A stretch of 63,988 nucleotides of DNA, the filler included, from Sanchytrium tribonematis (Eukaryota), in assembly GCA_018985235.1 (NCBI GenBank). It is 8 parts of 8 records of this genome, joined end to end, with 100 filler letters (N's around TTAATTAATTAA, not from the genome) between each part and the next. Parts side by side here need not be neighbours in the genome. Positions count along the whole stretch, not along the records: positions 1 to 27,201 come from JADGIG010000059.1; positions 27,302 to 32,686 come from JADGIG010000611.1; positions 32,787 to 38,166 come from JADGIG010000612.1; 5 more parts are not named here. One strand, given 5' to 3'. A program made the position numbers and the translations under genes. Shown one piece after another: positions 22,901-34,086 of the stretch (position 1 is its first letter; every line of letters starts with the position of its first letter). The notes beneath the pieces are model-generated. The model was not told the origin of the DNA and did not search any database. It saw only the letters and a list, made by a program, of their open reading frames with translations.

Positions 22901-25900
22901 ATGCACCAAAATCCGATGGAGCAATATTTGCAAAATGTTCTCTCTCCCAATAACGAAGTTCGCCAAAATGCCGAGGATCATTTTAATAATCTTGGGCGTG
23001 ACCAGTTGGCAAAACAATTATTGCCTTATGTGAATCATGAGATATATTCACAGTTTTCATGTGTTATGTTGCGCAAAATTGTAGATGAAATCGAAGATTC
23101 AACTGCAATTGAAGTATATTCTCACGTCAAAAACTTTCAAAATTTAAAGCAAGTGAAACATTTAATTGCAAGCATTTTCAAAAAATATGATTTTGGTTTT
23201 GATGGCTTAACCCACTCTACCTTATCAATATGTCTGGAATATGCGCCAAAAAAATTTAATTTGGATCAATTAATGCAAATTGTGCATGAAAAGCCTGATG
23301 TTGATACTTTTAAAGGTTTTTGCCAATATTTGATTGCGGTCAAACCTGAGCCATCTGTAGTACACGAGCTGGTTCAAAATTTCATCACTATTATGACTGA
23401 TGATTATTTTGAGCCTATGGCTGAAGTTGCTGATTATGTCAGTACCTATCTAGTTCCATGTTATCAAATGTATTTAGCAAAATGCTTCGAATATGTTGCT
23501 AAAGATAACCAATTGGCTCTGGAGTGTGCTACTCTTTTTATAGAGCAAAATCCAGAAGCCTTGAAGGACCAAGCCTCAATCAATCGCTATATTGAATTGT
23601 TATTACAATGGGTGTGCCAAGTTGATTTGACTGACGAGGAATTCGCCAACTTTGAAGAAGGAGATGCACAGAGCAATAACGTCGTTGCAGAAATGGCACT
23701 TGACCGAGTCTCAAGAGCATTGCCAGAATCCTTACTTCCTTTAGTACTATCATCAGTCAATAACATGTTGACCGCAAAGGATTGGAATGTCAGGCTTGGA
23801 GCATTCATGTGCTTATCTAGTATTGCGGAAGGTTGTGTCTTCTCTCTGAAGGAAGAATTAGAAGACGTTGTGATGTTAGTTACAAAATATTTTAAAGACC
23901 CTCACCCGCGAGTTAGATATGGCGCAGTGCATTGTATTGGACAATTGGCAACTGATATGGCACCTGAGCTTTCTGAAATGTACCATCAAGTCATATTAAA
24001 TGGTCTTTTGGAAACAATGAACGACAATATTCTTCGAGTTTCTACTCATGCTGCAAATGCTTCAATGAATGTGTTGGAGCATCTTCCCAAAGAAGAAAGT
24101 TCTCTTTACATTTCAGCTTTAATGTCGCAATATAGCAAATTGTTTCAAAGTAATGTTCCTCAAGTACAACAGATATGTATTGGTGCGGTAGCTACCTTGG
24201 CAGATGCTGCAGAATCTCAATTCGTCCCTTACATGCAAGCCATTGTTCCCCAATTTATGGAAATTCTAAATTCTTTATTGACAGAACCGCTAGCTGATGA
24301 TAATCAATATGAACTGAGAGCAAAACTAGTAGAGTGCCTCACCCTAATTGCACTGGCAGTGGGTCGTCCTTCATTTGATCCTTTTATCGAACCAATGATC
24401 AATATTTTGAGACACTTAAATGTTCGAAGTGTTGATCCAAAATCAACAGATCCTCTGCCTTCATATCTTTTAAGCGCATGGGCGCGAATGTGCAGAATCA
24501 TTAAAAAAGATTTTGTGCCTTTGTTGCAAGAATGTATGCCTTTAGTTTTGTCTTATGCGTCGCATACACCTAGCATTGAGATTATTGAACCTGATGAAGT
24601 TGGCAACTTCAGTCAAGACGATGGTTGGTATGTTGCAAACTTAGAATCAAATAGAGTTGCAGTCAATACTTCTCAAATTGAGGAAATGTCTACCGCTGTG
24701 GAGATGATTTCAATTTACGCTGAGACACTGGGTTCTGATTTTGCTCCTTTTGCAAATGATTGCGTTGATTTATGTGTTCCATTGATCAAGTTTTTATTTA
24801 GCGATGATGTTAGACTTTCTAGTATACGAGCAATTCCAAAAATTGTGGAATGTCTTAACCGCGACCAAAAGGAAGCTGCAATTCCATATATTGTAAAAGA
24901 ATATATTTTGGCCTTACAGAATGAGCTAGATTTTGAACTAACCAGTGAATTTTTTGTCGGACTGCGCTTATTTGTTGGTCAATTCGGCTTCTGTCTCGAC
25001 GAGGAAGATTTAAATAGTTTTTATGAGGTTTGTGTAGAAATGTTAACCAAATTAGACGAAAATTTGAGAAGTAGAGAGAATGAATTAGAACATGTATATG
25101 ACGAAGATATTGTTGGCGAGGATAATACTTTATTTGAGATGGCTAGTACTTTACAAACTTTATGGAAAGTGGCCCCAGATGCAGTTTTGAATCACTATCA
25201 CATGAAAATTTTTCCAATTGTTGCAGAATTTTTGGTATTTTTTATTTATTTAGAGACATGTCAACTCTGAAGCACAACAATTTGCTGCTCTTTGTTTGGA
25301 TGATATATTTGAGTATTCACCAATGACTTACAGACACTCTGTCTTGCAAACTGTCGGGGATTTATTCGTGAACCTTGGCAACTCTAACCTTCCACAAGTG
25401 AAACAAGCTGTATTCTATGGAATTGGTGTATTAGCCAGAGTAGATCCCGTAAATTCGAACGCATTTTGTCAAAAATGTGTACCCCTTTTAATCAATAATA
25501 TCAGAAATGATCCTACCCGCAAAATTACCTTCCATGGAGCTACAGATAACGCTGTCGCCTCTTTGGTAAAAATTATGAAGTACTGTAATGTTTCAAGCAA
25601 TGAGATTCTTCAGGCCATATTTGAAGGCCTGCCGTTGATGCACGATGATGAAGAATTTCCAGAAGTGTACTCATTTATTTTTCATCATTTGAATCAACAA
25701 TTTGCATCATTGCCAGTTGAAAAGCAGGTCAATATTTTAATTCAGCCTATTTTACAAGATTTAACTGAGGAATTGGCACCTTCATTTAAAAATGAGTATG
25801 CTCACGTGTTCCATACTTGTCTACAAAATCCAGCATTTAAAGCATCTCTGGAGCAAATTATGAAATCAGTCTCAGAAAAAAGTCAACGGGATGTTGAAAC

Positions 25901-25916
25901 ATTCTTTGCGAAATAA
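22901..25916 (+). CDS. Importin beta-3 / importin-5 (Kap121/Pse1 family); exons 22901-25234 and 25254-25916 (998 aa)
   Basis: IBN-N start, AEMALDR, SSIAEGC, DPHPRVRY, LRAKLVECLTLIALAVG, AWARMC; splicing restores QFAALCLDDIFE. Confidence 0.9.
25235..25253 (+). other. 19-nt spliceosomal intron GTATTTTTTATTTATTTAG
   Basis: GT-AG, phase 0; removal joins ORF 22901 to the frame of ORF 25296. Confidence 0.9.
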
Positions 25917-25940
25917 AACTTGTGTAAAACTCTCCCTTTA

Positions 25941-27201
25941 ATGAAACATTACTTTGATTTGCGAAATCAAATTTTAACCTCAAACTTACCGCGGAAGCAT
26001 ATTAAGGAATTATCTCAGTACTGTATATACAAAGATGTAATTTACCATTGCCATGAAAAATTGAAATCCTCAAAGGGATATTTCGTTTTGTTAGAATATT
26101 CTTGTCAAGTGGATGTTCACTACTGCGACACCAATGAAAATATGTCCTACATTTTAAAGATATTAGAATATTTAGATTTGTTTGAATTATTTTCAATAGT
26201 GGAATGGCTACGGGACACTCGATCTACTATGACTAAGAAATTAATATTGAAATCCCTAGCCCTGTTGCAACGAAGATTAGAATTGTTCAAAGTCTACGCT
26301 TCAGGATTATCCAAATTTATTTTAAATGCGAGATTAAAATCTAATGATTGCATTATATTAGATTTTCTGTTCCAGTATCTAGAAATGAAGGATGAATTTG
26401 CAGAAGTACTATGCCGTTATTTGAATAACAAAGAATATAGAAATTCAGTTAGTACTATTATTTTAAAATATTGCGATTTGGAATTTGTGGCTGCTTGCCT
26501 TGCTAAATATAAAGTTGATGAGTTTTCAGCCGCCACTTTACTTCTAGTGCATATAAATGATAGAAGACCATTTGAATCAACGTACTCGTCATTATGCCAA
26601 CTTTTGGATTTTAAAGACAAGAAAATCTCTTTAACTGTCGATCAATTGATGGGACTTTACAAAACTGGATCTACATCCCAACAAATGATGTTTAGAGCAT
26701 TGTCTAATCACAGAGATGTGTTTGTAGATTTTCTAGGATATATTGTCAATTATCCACATGACTTTATCTACTATTTTAATACAAGTTTTGTTTTGGATTT
26801 TTTGAAAGCTGCGAAAGGCATAAACTTTGATTCATTTTTAAGTTTAATTTATCCCACTGCAAATGTTGAGTTTCTAGTTTTTGTTTCAAAGTGTTTAAGT
26901 ACAAATGTCACTTATAGCAAAAGGTTTGTTAATATTGTCATAAAACATTTTGTATTTACAAATTTTTCATCTCTTAGAAAAATTGGAATCAAACTCTTAA
27001 ACCCAGTTCCATCTGAATATTTTGACTCAGATTTACTCCCGGAGCTATGTGTCGGTAATCTGAACTCTGAATGGCCCACTTTGAGAGAAAGTTGCATAGC
27101 ATATTTGCTACTGCTAAATGATAAAAAGCCAATACAAGGTCTATCAACAATATTCAGAAACAATGGCATACCACATTTTCAGACACCAGATTTTGTGTTT
27201 G
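25941..27201 (+). CDS. Hypothetical helical (ARM/HEAT-like) protein, 3'-truncated by contig end
   Basis: Long Leu-rich ORF running into the spacer; no diagnostic motif. Confidence 0.55.
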
Positions 27202-27301
27202 NNNNNNNNNNNNNNNNNNNNNNNNNNNNNNNNNNNNNNNNNNNNTTAATTAATTAANNNNNNNNNNNNNNNNNNNNNNNNNNNNNNNNNNNNNNNNNNN
27301 N
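27202..27301. other. Artificial contig spacer (N...TTAATTAATTAA...N); also at 32687-32786, 38167-38266, 43644-43743, 49114-49213, 54578-54677, 60030-60129
   Basis: Identical 100-nt N blocks carrying a six-frame stop linker. Confidence 0.99.
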
Positions 27302-27554
27302 TCCATCCATTTTTGAATTGTTGCAGGATTTGGAATTAATGGGAGAACGAAATGCATTATTCAATAGACAGAATCATATGCGCAAAGATGTATTAATGGC
27401 TGCTAGTAGCATTTATTCTGCCATGTATGGAAATGGCAAACAAATTCCAGCTACTTTTCAAATTATTTATTTTATTGGATGGAAAAAGGGATCAGAACAG
27501 AAACCAAAGCAGCGTGGGACTGCTATCAAGCATATTAATGATTTATTAAAGTAG
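27302..27554 (+). CDS. NDUFAF5: NDUFAF5-like complex I assembly factor, 3' fragment
   Basis: DLELMGE.NA, AASSIY..MYG...IPATFQIIYFIGWK...QKP..RG. Confidence 0.88.
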
Positions 27555-27608
27555 TTGAATAAAATATTTTTGAATCTCTTCAATTTATCTCTAATAATTT
27601 AAATGATT

Positions 27609-28734
27609 TTATTTCGCCAATGTGTTGAATGACATAAAAACATACTGCTCAAATGTATTATCCAAATTCATACTCAACATATGCTGCTCAATCAATAATT
27701 TCTGCTCATTACTCAATTTCTTGTCTTTAATTTCCCTCGTGTTCGTCAGTTTATTAAATAACTCATTCAAATTCTTATTCACTTTCTTTTCATCTTTACA
27801 ATGCATCACACAACTCACAAATTCAGGTGGCACTCCAAATCGTAAAACACTCTCTACAAAGATGCGCATTGATTTTAAATGCATCCATGCGCTGTATGCA
27901 TCATTTATCTGTGATTTTAACATTCTAATCAATTGACTCTACATGAATTCAAATTACCCAAATCTCTTTTAATTGCAATTCTTGATTTTTTAATTCTGCT
28001 GAAACATTGTCTGTTAATTCTCCCTGAATTTCTCGCAATGCATATTTACCCTTTATTTTAGCAGCAAATTGGTCTCTAAATTTCTTAAATACGACTACTG
28101 AGTATAGGCAATAATCTGTATCTTGTGCAATTTTCTTTGTGCTTCTAGGAACTACCATTTCTGAGATTGTTTCATAGGTATTTAACCATTCTTGCTCTAA
28201 TTGGTTATTAATGACAATTAATTCAGTCTGTAGATACTCTGATCCTAATATAAAATCACTTTTTTGAATAATATTGCCCAAATGACGTGTTAATAAAGTA
28301 CCAGTCATTTTACGATTTAATTGGGTGACTGAATTATTTAATTGGTTATATTGGGCTAATTTGACTTTAAGGGTGTTGTCTATTGTATTAATATCTGTCA
28401 TGATGGTGTTTAAAATGGTTAAAATGGGTTGATTGATGTTAAATCTGAGTGAATTCCACTCAAAATCTTTAATATAGTCTAGAATGGGTTTATTGTCAAT
28501 TGTGACAATGGGATGATTGGATAATGAAGTGAGGGTGTCAATGACCTTGTTGACGATGGATTCTACTTGTTTATCCTTGTTTAATAGCTCATCTACAGAT
28601 TGAATCAAATCATCAAAAGTACCCACTTTGAAATTAGGTACTTTAAAATCATGAGATTGTCCTGATTCATTACATGATTTGATTAGTCCTAGGATATCTT
28701 TAGTGCCAGGTAAAGAAACAAAAAAGGAAGGCAT
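27609..28734 (-). CDS. VMA5: V-ATPase V1 subunit C; exons 28734-27958 and 27938-27609 (368 aa)
   Basis: FKVGTFDDL, SEYLQT, YETISEMVVPRS, AWMHLK..RIFVESVLRFGVPP; in-frame join KEIW-SQLIRML. Confidence 0.93.
27939..27957 (-). other. 19-nt spliceosomal intron GTAATTTGAATTCATGTAG
   Basis: GT-AG, phase 0, contains the in-frame TGA; removal rebuilds Vma5. Confidence 0.9.
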
Positions 28735-28771
28735 TTGCTGTGTTTCAAAAATTATTAGAAATAATTGCCAT

Positions 28772-29515
28772 TTATTCAACAAATGCAGAATCATTGTGGT
28801 AGCTTTGTAAGCTCTGTAATGCTTGGTAGGATCTATTTAAATCTTCAATCAATTGTTTATAAAAATAGCACAGTATATAAATACGCAATAAATGGCTAAC
28901 TGGCCGTACCACGAAATTCAAATAAGTGCCACTTAAATGCAAATAAATCACCAATACATCCAATAAACACATGAATATCAATGATATACTCGTTTGAATT
29001 AATAATTTACTTCTTAATTCCTTTCTATACTCCATAATATCCTCTATTTTGTAATATAAAGCAGAAAATAAGAATATTTCACATGCTAATATCATAAAAT
29101 GGCTAAATGCTCTTACTACATACAAGATATAGCTACTAGGTGTTGCTATGAATAAGATATTAGTGGGTAATACGGATATAAAGATGATTATGGGTACGTA
29201 TTTGAGATATTTGTCTAATTTGCTAAATCCGCCCAATGAATTCACTCGCCAAACATATACTAAGCCGACTAGAGTGGTATACGTCAAGAATAACACACTA
29301 ATCAACAGGGCATACCACCATTCTGTCCTATTCCCATTCAAATAATCAATTGCAAGCAAAGATTGTGCCAAACAGCAAAAGATGCTTAAAATGCAACTAA
29401 TGAATATCTTGGATGTCTTGCTTTTAAGAGTGGTAAAGCACAAGATTGTGGTTTGAATGGATAAGAGAATGGTGGCACCCACAACAGCGTAACACATGTT
29501 CATATCGACTGACAT
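28772..29515 (-). CDS. Multi-pass (about 7-TM, GPCR-like) membrane protein
   Basis: About seven hydrophobic segments in ~250 aa; start codon uncertain. Confidence 0.6.
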   Translation of the reverse strand: MSVDMNMCYAVVGATILLSIQTTILCFTTLKSKTSKIFISCILSIFCCLAQSLLAIDYLNGNRTEWWYALLISVLFLTYTTLVGLVYVWRVNSLGGFSKLDKYLKYVPIIIFISVLPTNILFIATPSSYILYVVRAFSHFMILACEIFLFSALYYKIEDIMEYRKELRSKLLIQTSISLIFMCLLDVLVIYLHLSGTYLNFVVRPVSHLLRIYILCYFYKQLIEDLNRSYQALQSLQSYHNDSAFVE

Positions 29516-29648
29516 GGTTTCACGAGGGAGTTGCAACTGTCGTATTTTGAGAGATCCGAATAATAGTTGGAATCGTGACTGTTTATTGGTGTCAAAATTG
29601 AAACATCCGAACTATCAGCCCAACAAATATTTTTTGTAAAAAATAAAT

Positions 29649-30197
29649 TTATTCCGAATCAATCACTTTTCTGCATAATGGACATTTTGGATGATCCAGT
29701 AACCATGGAATGACACAGTCTTTGTGGTATATATGTTTACATGGTAATTCTACCAATTGTTGCTTCATTTTGTAAAAATCCCAACAAATGCAGCATTTCT
29801 CATTTGAATTGGTAGCCACGAATTCATTCAATTTTAGAATGTTTAAATGATTGATATCTTCACGGTGCATGTCGATTTCAATTGCCAATTCGTCAAATGC
29901 ATGTAAAATGGCATCTCTGGTGGCATTTGAATAGGATAAAACTCCTGATGATTTAATGCGAGTTAATTGGACATATAATGCACTAGTATATCCATATTGT
30001 GGGAATGCACAAGATGCGTCAATGAGACTGTCTAAATATGGCTCATTATGTTCTTTGATGAGATCCTCAATTGGGATAAAAGCATCCATAATAGATCGGA
30101 GGGTATTTGGGAATCTGGTATTGATGGTAGATTCGAATCCATTATTGACTTTGCGCATGACTCTGGCAGAATATCGTTGAACTCTGGGAGTCGACAT
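29649..30197 (-). CDS. RING-H2 E3 ubiquitin ligase
   Basis: CCIC...LPCKHIYHKDCVIPWL...KCPLCR. Confidence 0.9.
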   Translation of the reverse strand: MSTPRVQRYSARVMRKVNNGFESTINTRFPNTLRSIMDAFIPIEDLIKEHNEPYLDSLIDASCAFPQYGYTSALYVQLTRIKSSGVLSYSNATRDAILHAFDELAIEIDMHREDINHLNILKLNEFVATNSNEKCCICWDFYKMKQQLVELPCKHIYHKDCVIPWLLDHPKCPLCRKVIDSE

Positions 30198-30507
30198 TTT
30201 TAGAAAATGTTTCAAATGAGCACGTGATGATTTGCGAAATTTGGAATGTGATGGTCACACATGATTAAAAATAGACTAGGGGATTGGTTAGAAACAGAGT
30301 CATTTATTTACTCAAGCAATTTCTGCTGCTGCAACTTCAGAAACCTCTTGCACAGTATTTTGAGCTCTATCAAGTTATTTAACATCATTTTGGAGCATTG
30401 CAATACTGCAAATGTCATAAGCTGGCCTAAGATAGTACATGACTACTTTGACTTCACATTAGCTCAACATGTCTCAAAAACGATTGTCATTTGAATCTCC
30501 TTTAAAT

Positions 30508-31218
30508 TTATTGATCAACTAGTCTACGCAATTGATGTGCAGCTGATAATGCAAAACCAAAACCACCATAAGAACCTACTAGAAATGCACCTACAAGAGC
30601 CATGGCTTGTGCTTCTAAATGAGTCAAACCAAATGTTGTAGTTGTATATAACGACAAAAGACCAATAAAAAACATTCCAACGGAACCAACGGCAAGAACA
30701 GAAGCACCCACCCCGACACATCTAAAGACGTATTTTTGACAACGCGACAATTTAGCTTCGAATTGTCTAATTTGATCAAAAATTGGTCTGTATGATGGTT
30801 TTGGCACTTCAGTTGTAGTGGGATTAGGCACTTCAGTTGTGTATTGTGGCAATACTCTTTTTTTCAAGCGTTCCATTCTTTCACTATTTGGAGCTTTTGG
30901 CATTGATCGTGCGAGTGAATGATTTGTTTCAATTTCTTCAGGTAGTCCATCATTGAGAATGGCATCTCCAACTTTTGTTTGAAAGTCTTTTAAATGAGAT
31001 GTTGGACCTTTTAATGCCTGCTTCAATATTTCTGTATATTCAGTGCAAGTCGAACCACCTATTTTGAGGCACTCCATTAAATCATCGAATGGAATAGAAC
31101 CCGATGGAATTGCTTCGCTTACTATGTTTGATGCAAATGCGGCAGCAATTTTAGCAGCACTCTTCAATTTTTCACCAGGGTTCAATAAATTAGCAAACAG
31201 AATAGCAGTCAAAATCAT
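30508..31218 (-). CDS. Lineage-specific membrane protein (short leader, LKKR site, two C-terminal TMs); paralog-like to 31640-32185
   Basis: Shared architecture; internal TTEVP duplication. Confidence 0.6.
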   Translation of the reverse strand: MILTAILFANLLNPGEKLKSAAKIAAAFASNIVSEAIPSGSIPFDDLMECLKIGGSTCTEYTEILKQALKGPTSHLKDFQTKVGDAILNDGLPEEIETNHSLARSMPKAPNSERMERLKKRVLPQYTTEVPNPTTTEVPKPSYRPIFDQIRQFEAKLSRCQKYVFRCVGVGASVLAVGSVGMFFIGLLSLYTTTTFGLTHLEAQAMALVGAFLVGSYGGFGFALSAAHQLRRLVDQ

Positions 31219-31405
31219 CTTTTGCTAAAAAGAAGAGAGATCCATTTTAAACACTCCTTCGACTCCTTTGCGTAACCAACGTGATTGTGATTTGAAATAA
31301 TGTCTGCGAGTATCACCGAGTGCATCATTGTCAAATGCAATGTCATCCACATTTACGAATTAAAAGAGAATCTAAATTGTTAATCATTTCATTTATTTCA
31401 AATGC

Positions 31406-31501
31406 TCAACATTGGCACGCATCACATTTTACTCCATTTTGGCAGCACCCACAGCATTGACATGTCTTACAATTGCATTCAATCAATAAATTTGATTTCA
31501 T
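31406..31501 (-). CDS. Metallothionein-like peptide, 31 aa with 10 Cys (MKSNLLIECNCKTCQCCGCCQNGVKCDACQC)
   Basis: Manual translation; CxC/CC clusters, no aromatic residues; TATATAAA 31 nt upstream and AATAAA just after the stop; second copy at 32606. Confidence 0.7.
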   Translation of the reverse strand: MKSNLLIECNCKTCQCCGCCQNGVKCDACQC

Positions 31502-31639
31502 TTATAATTTAAAATCATCGTGAGTTTATATAGACTATTGAACCAATTAAAAATCACTCGATTTAAAATATTGATTGGATGGAAATGAAATCTAGAAGCA
31601 TCTTGTGGATTTGAAACAGAGTGAATTTTAATTGGTTTA

Positions 31640-32185
31640 TTAAACTGGTGAATTATCATTAGAGTTGTCAGATGATTTCGCATGTTTAATCTTATATCCT
31701 ATGAAAGAGAGTCCACCAACAATAGGTAAAAATACGGCACCAATTGAAAGAATAGCAATGGCATTTTCTTTAGATATATCTAACCAATCTGGATGATTTA
31801 AAGCAACTGATCCAATACCGATCAGAATTACTGATAAACTTGCCACTAATGCACCTGTGGCTTTAACACAGCAATAATTCAACTCTATTGGATTCTCTAC
31901 CAATTTCTGTATCAGACTTCTTTTCTTTAAAGAAACTGAGCAACATTGTCGTTTTGCCTCTTCAATCAATATTTCTTTGTCTCTATTTGTCGCTACTTTA
32001 TCTATTTCTACCAAAAGATTTTCAAGTTTACTCGATTCGGTCGCTGCAATTCTCTGATTGTCAGAATTTAAACTTTCACTAAATTCTGCTTTTTTATAAA
32101 TGTTTTGTGCAGCTATAGCATACATTTGAAATGCTTCAATGAATTTCCTGCTAAAAATAGCAAGAATAACATTAGTGAGCAACAT
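31640..32185 (-). CDS. Lineage-specific membrane protein (short leader, LKKR site, two C-terminal TMs)
   Basis: Same architecture as 30508-31218. Confidence 0.6.
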   Translation of the reverse strand: MLLTNVILAIFSRKFIEAFQMYAIAAQNIYKKAEFSESLNSDNQRIAATESSKLENLLVEIDKVATNRDKEILIEEAKRQCCSVSLKKRSLIQKLVENPIELNYCCVKATGALVASLSVILIGIGSVALNHPDWLDISKENAIAILSIGAVFLPIVGGLSFIGYKIKHAKSSDNSNDNSPV

Positions 32186-32581
32186 ATACTATTAAAGTGA
32201 ATCGTAATCTCTTTAAAAGACCCCTTTGCCCCTCTGTTAAACTGTGCACGGATCAGCCATCATTTTAGACATTTGACATTTGATCACAATGATAATAGCA
32301 GAGACCACAAGTGGGCACATTTATTTACGTTTTAAAAATGGATATTTCATAAATCTATAAATCGCATGTTCAATCATTTCTACATATATCCCACTTTGAA
32401 TATCCCATATGCTCTCATTTTTATGATTTAACAAATAAATACTAGTCAAATACTCAAATATCAATATGGCACAATCATTAAATCGCAATTTCAATAAAAT
32501 ATAAATTTCAAAATTGGGTTCAAATTGCAATATAACTGATTTATAGTGAATCAGACTGTAGAACGAGCAAGATTAGTTTGC

Positions 32582-32686
32582 AATCATTTCATTTATTTCA
32601 AATTCTTAACATTGGCACGCATCACATTTTACTCCATTTTGGCAGCACCCACAGCATTGACATGTCTTACAATTGCATTCAATCAA
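32582..32686. repeat. Direct repeat of 31382-31486 (offset 1200 nt, two mismatches) carrying the second metallothionein-like copy (32606-32686, minus strand, 5'-truncated by the spacer)
   Basis: Direct sequence comparison; stop is TAA here and TGA in copy 1. Confidence 0.92.
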
Positions 32687-32786
32687 NNNNNNNNNNNNNN
32701 NNNNNNNNNNNNNNNNNNNNNNNNNNNNNNTTAATTAATTAANNNNNNNNNNNNNNNNNNNNNNNNNNNNNNNNNNNNNNNNNNNN

Positions 32787-33707
32787 AAAAATATGGAAAT
32801 GTGGATGATAATAATCTTGAATGAATAATAATGATTTTAAATTACTAATTCCAAAATGAGATCCAATTTGTAATGCGTGGTATTTGCAATGCTGTAAACT
32901 TGTAAATAATTCATTTAATGTGGATTTATAAGCTATCCAAGTTAATTTGACTAGAATAGAGTCAACTGTGTAGAATATGGGTGGAATGGTGTTGCAATAA
33001 TCAAATTGAAATGTCAATTGTACATGTTTCAGATGAATGGGGATTTTAGTACAATGCAGTGCATGTTGTAAATTAACTCTTAAACTAATTAAATTGGGAA
33101 ATGAGATTGCAATTGGATTTAAATCATTAGAATGATATCCATAAATATCCAATTCTTTAATATTTTCTAATAAAATAGTCTGTAAATCATGTTCATAAAT
33201 ATCCACTATTTTCAATTGATATAAATTGGGATGCTTTGATAAATGATTAATTTGTGGTAATAATGTATTTAAATGAATACAAGTTAATGATTTCCAATTT
33301 AATAATTTATAAAATGAATTGGCAAATGATGAAAATGGGAATAAATACAATTGAGTCATGTAATTCGTGGCATAATGAATATTATTAAATGTATATAATC
33401 CATATAAATCATTATATGGTGATAATATCATGCAATGAATGAGTAAATTGGGCTGATTTAATTGTAATAATTTATGGAAATAAATGGATTTAAATTCCAA
33501 TTTAATCACGATGGTGAGTTGATATATCCATTGATAGTATTTGAAATAGCCATTAAATAGTTGTAAATGGTCATATTTCTCATTATAAATGATCATATTG
33601 GCATAAAATGGTTTTAAATATTGGATGGTGAATTTCTTATTTAATAAATATTGGGATGATTTATTATATTTGAATATTAAATAGAGCACATCATCAGGTA
33701 ATTTCAT
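32787..33707 (-). CDS. F-box protein with degenerate LRR-like region, 3'-truncated
   Basis: MKLPDDVLYLIFKY F-box start; IKELDI and FPNLISLRV repeats. Confidence 0.65.
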
Positions 33708-34086
33708 ATTAATAGTGCGTATGGGATGAATATATATAGATTGATCTAAAAGGGATGTCACATTTAGACACAACATTTGAAATCACATTTCAACGTTTCT
33801 AATAAAGAAATCACAATAGTATATGACATATCTTATGATTGATAGATAGCAAGTGATAAATTCATCCGAATCAAGTACCCCAAATTTCCCAAATCTTTCA
33901 AATTCGATCTGATTGGCGCTAAACTCTGTTTACTTACATTGCTTGCAAATCCAGTTTACCACTTCTTCATTGGTTCTGTGTATATTGGATATATGACAAA
34001 GCTTCTGTTTGACCAGAGACATTTCTGTGTCATTTTAAGTGTTTTGCAATTTTCAACATAAAAGGAAAACTGTCCCCTCAAGTAAC

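Noticed and set aside
30261..30494. 77-aa ORF between the RING and membrane genes
   Set aside because: No motif; both strands look like decayed sequence
32321..32530. 69-aa TTG-started ORF
   Set aside because: No ATG start and no recognisable domain
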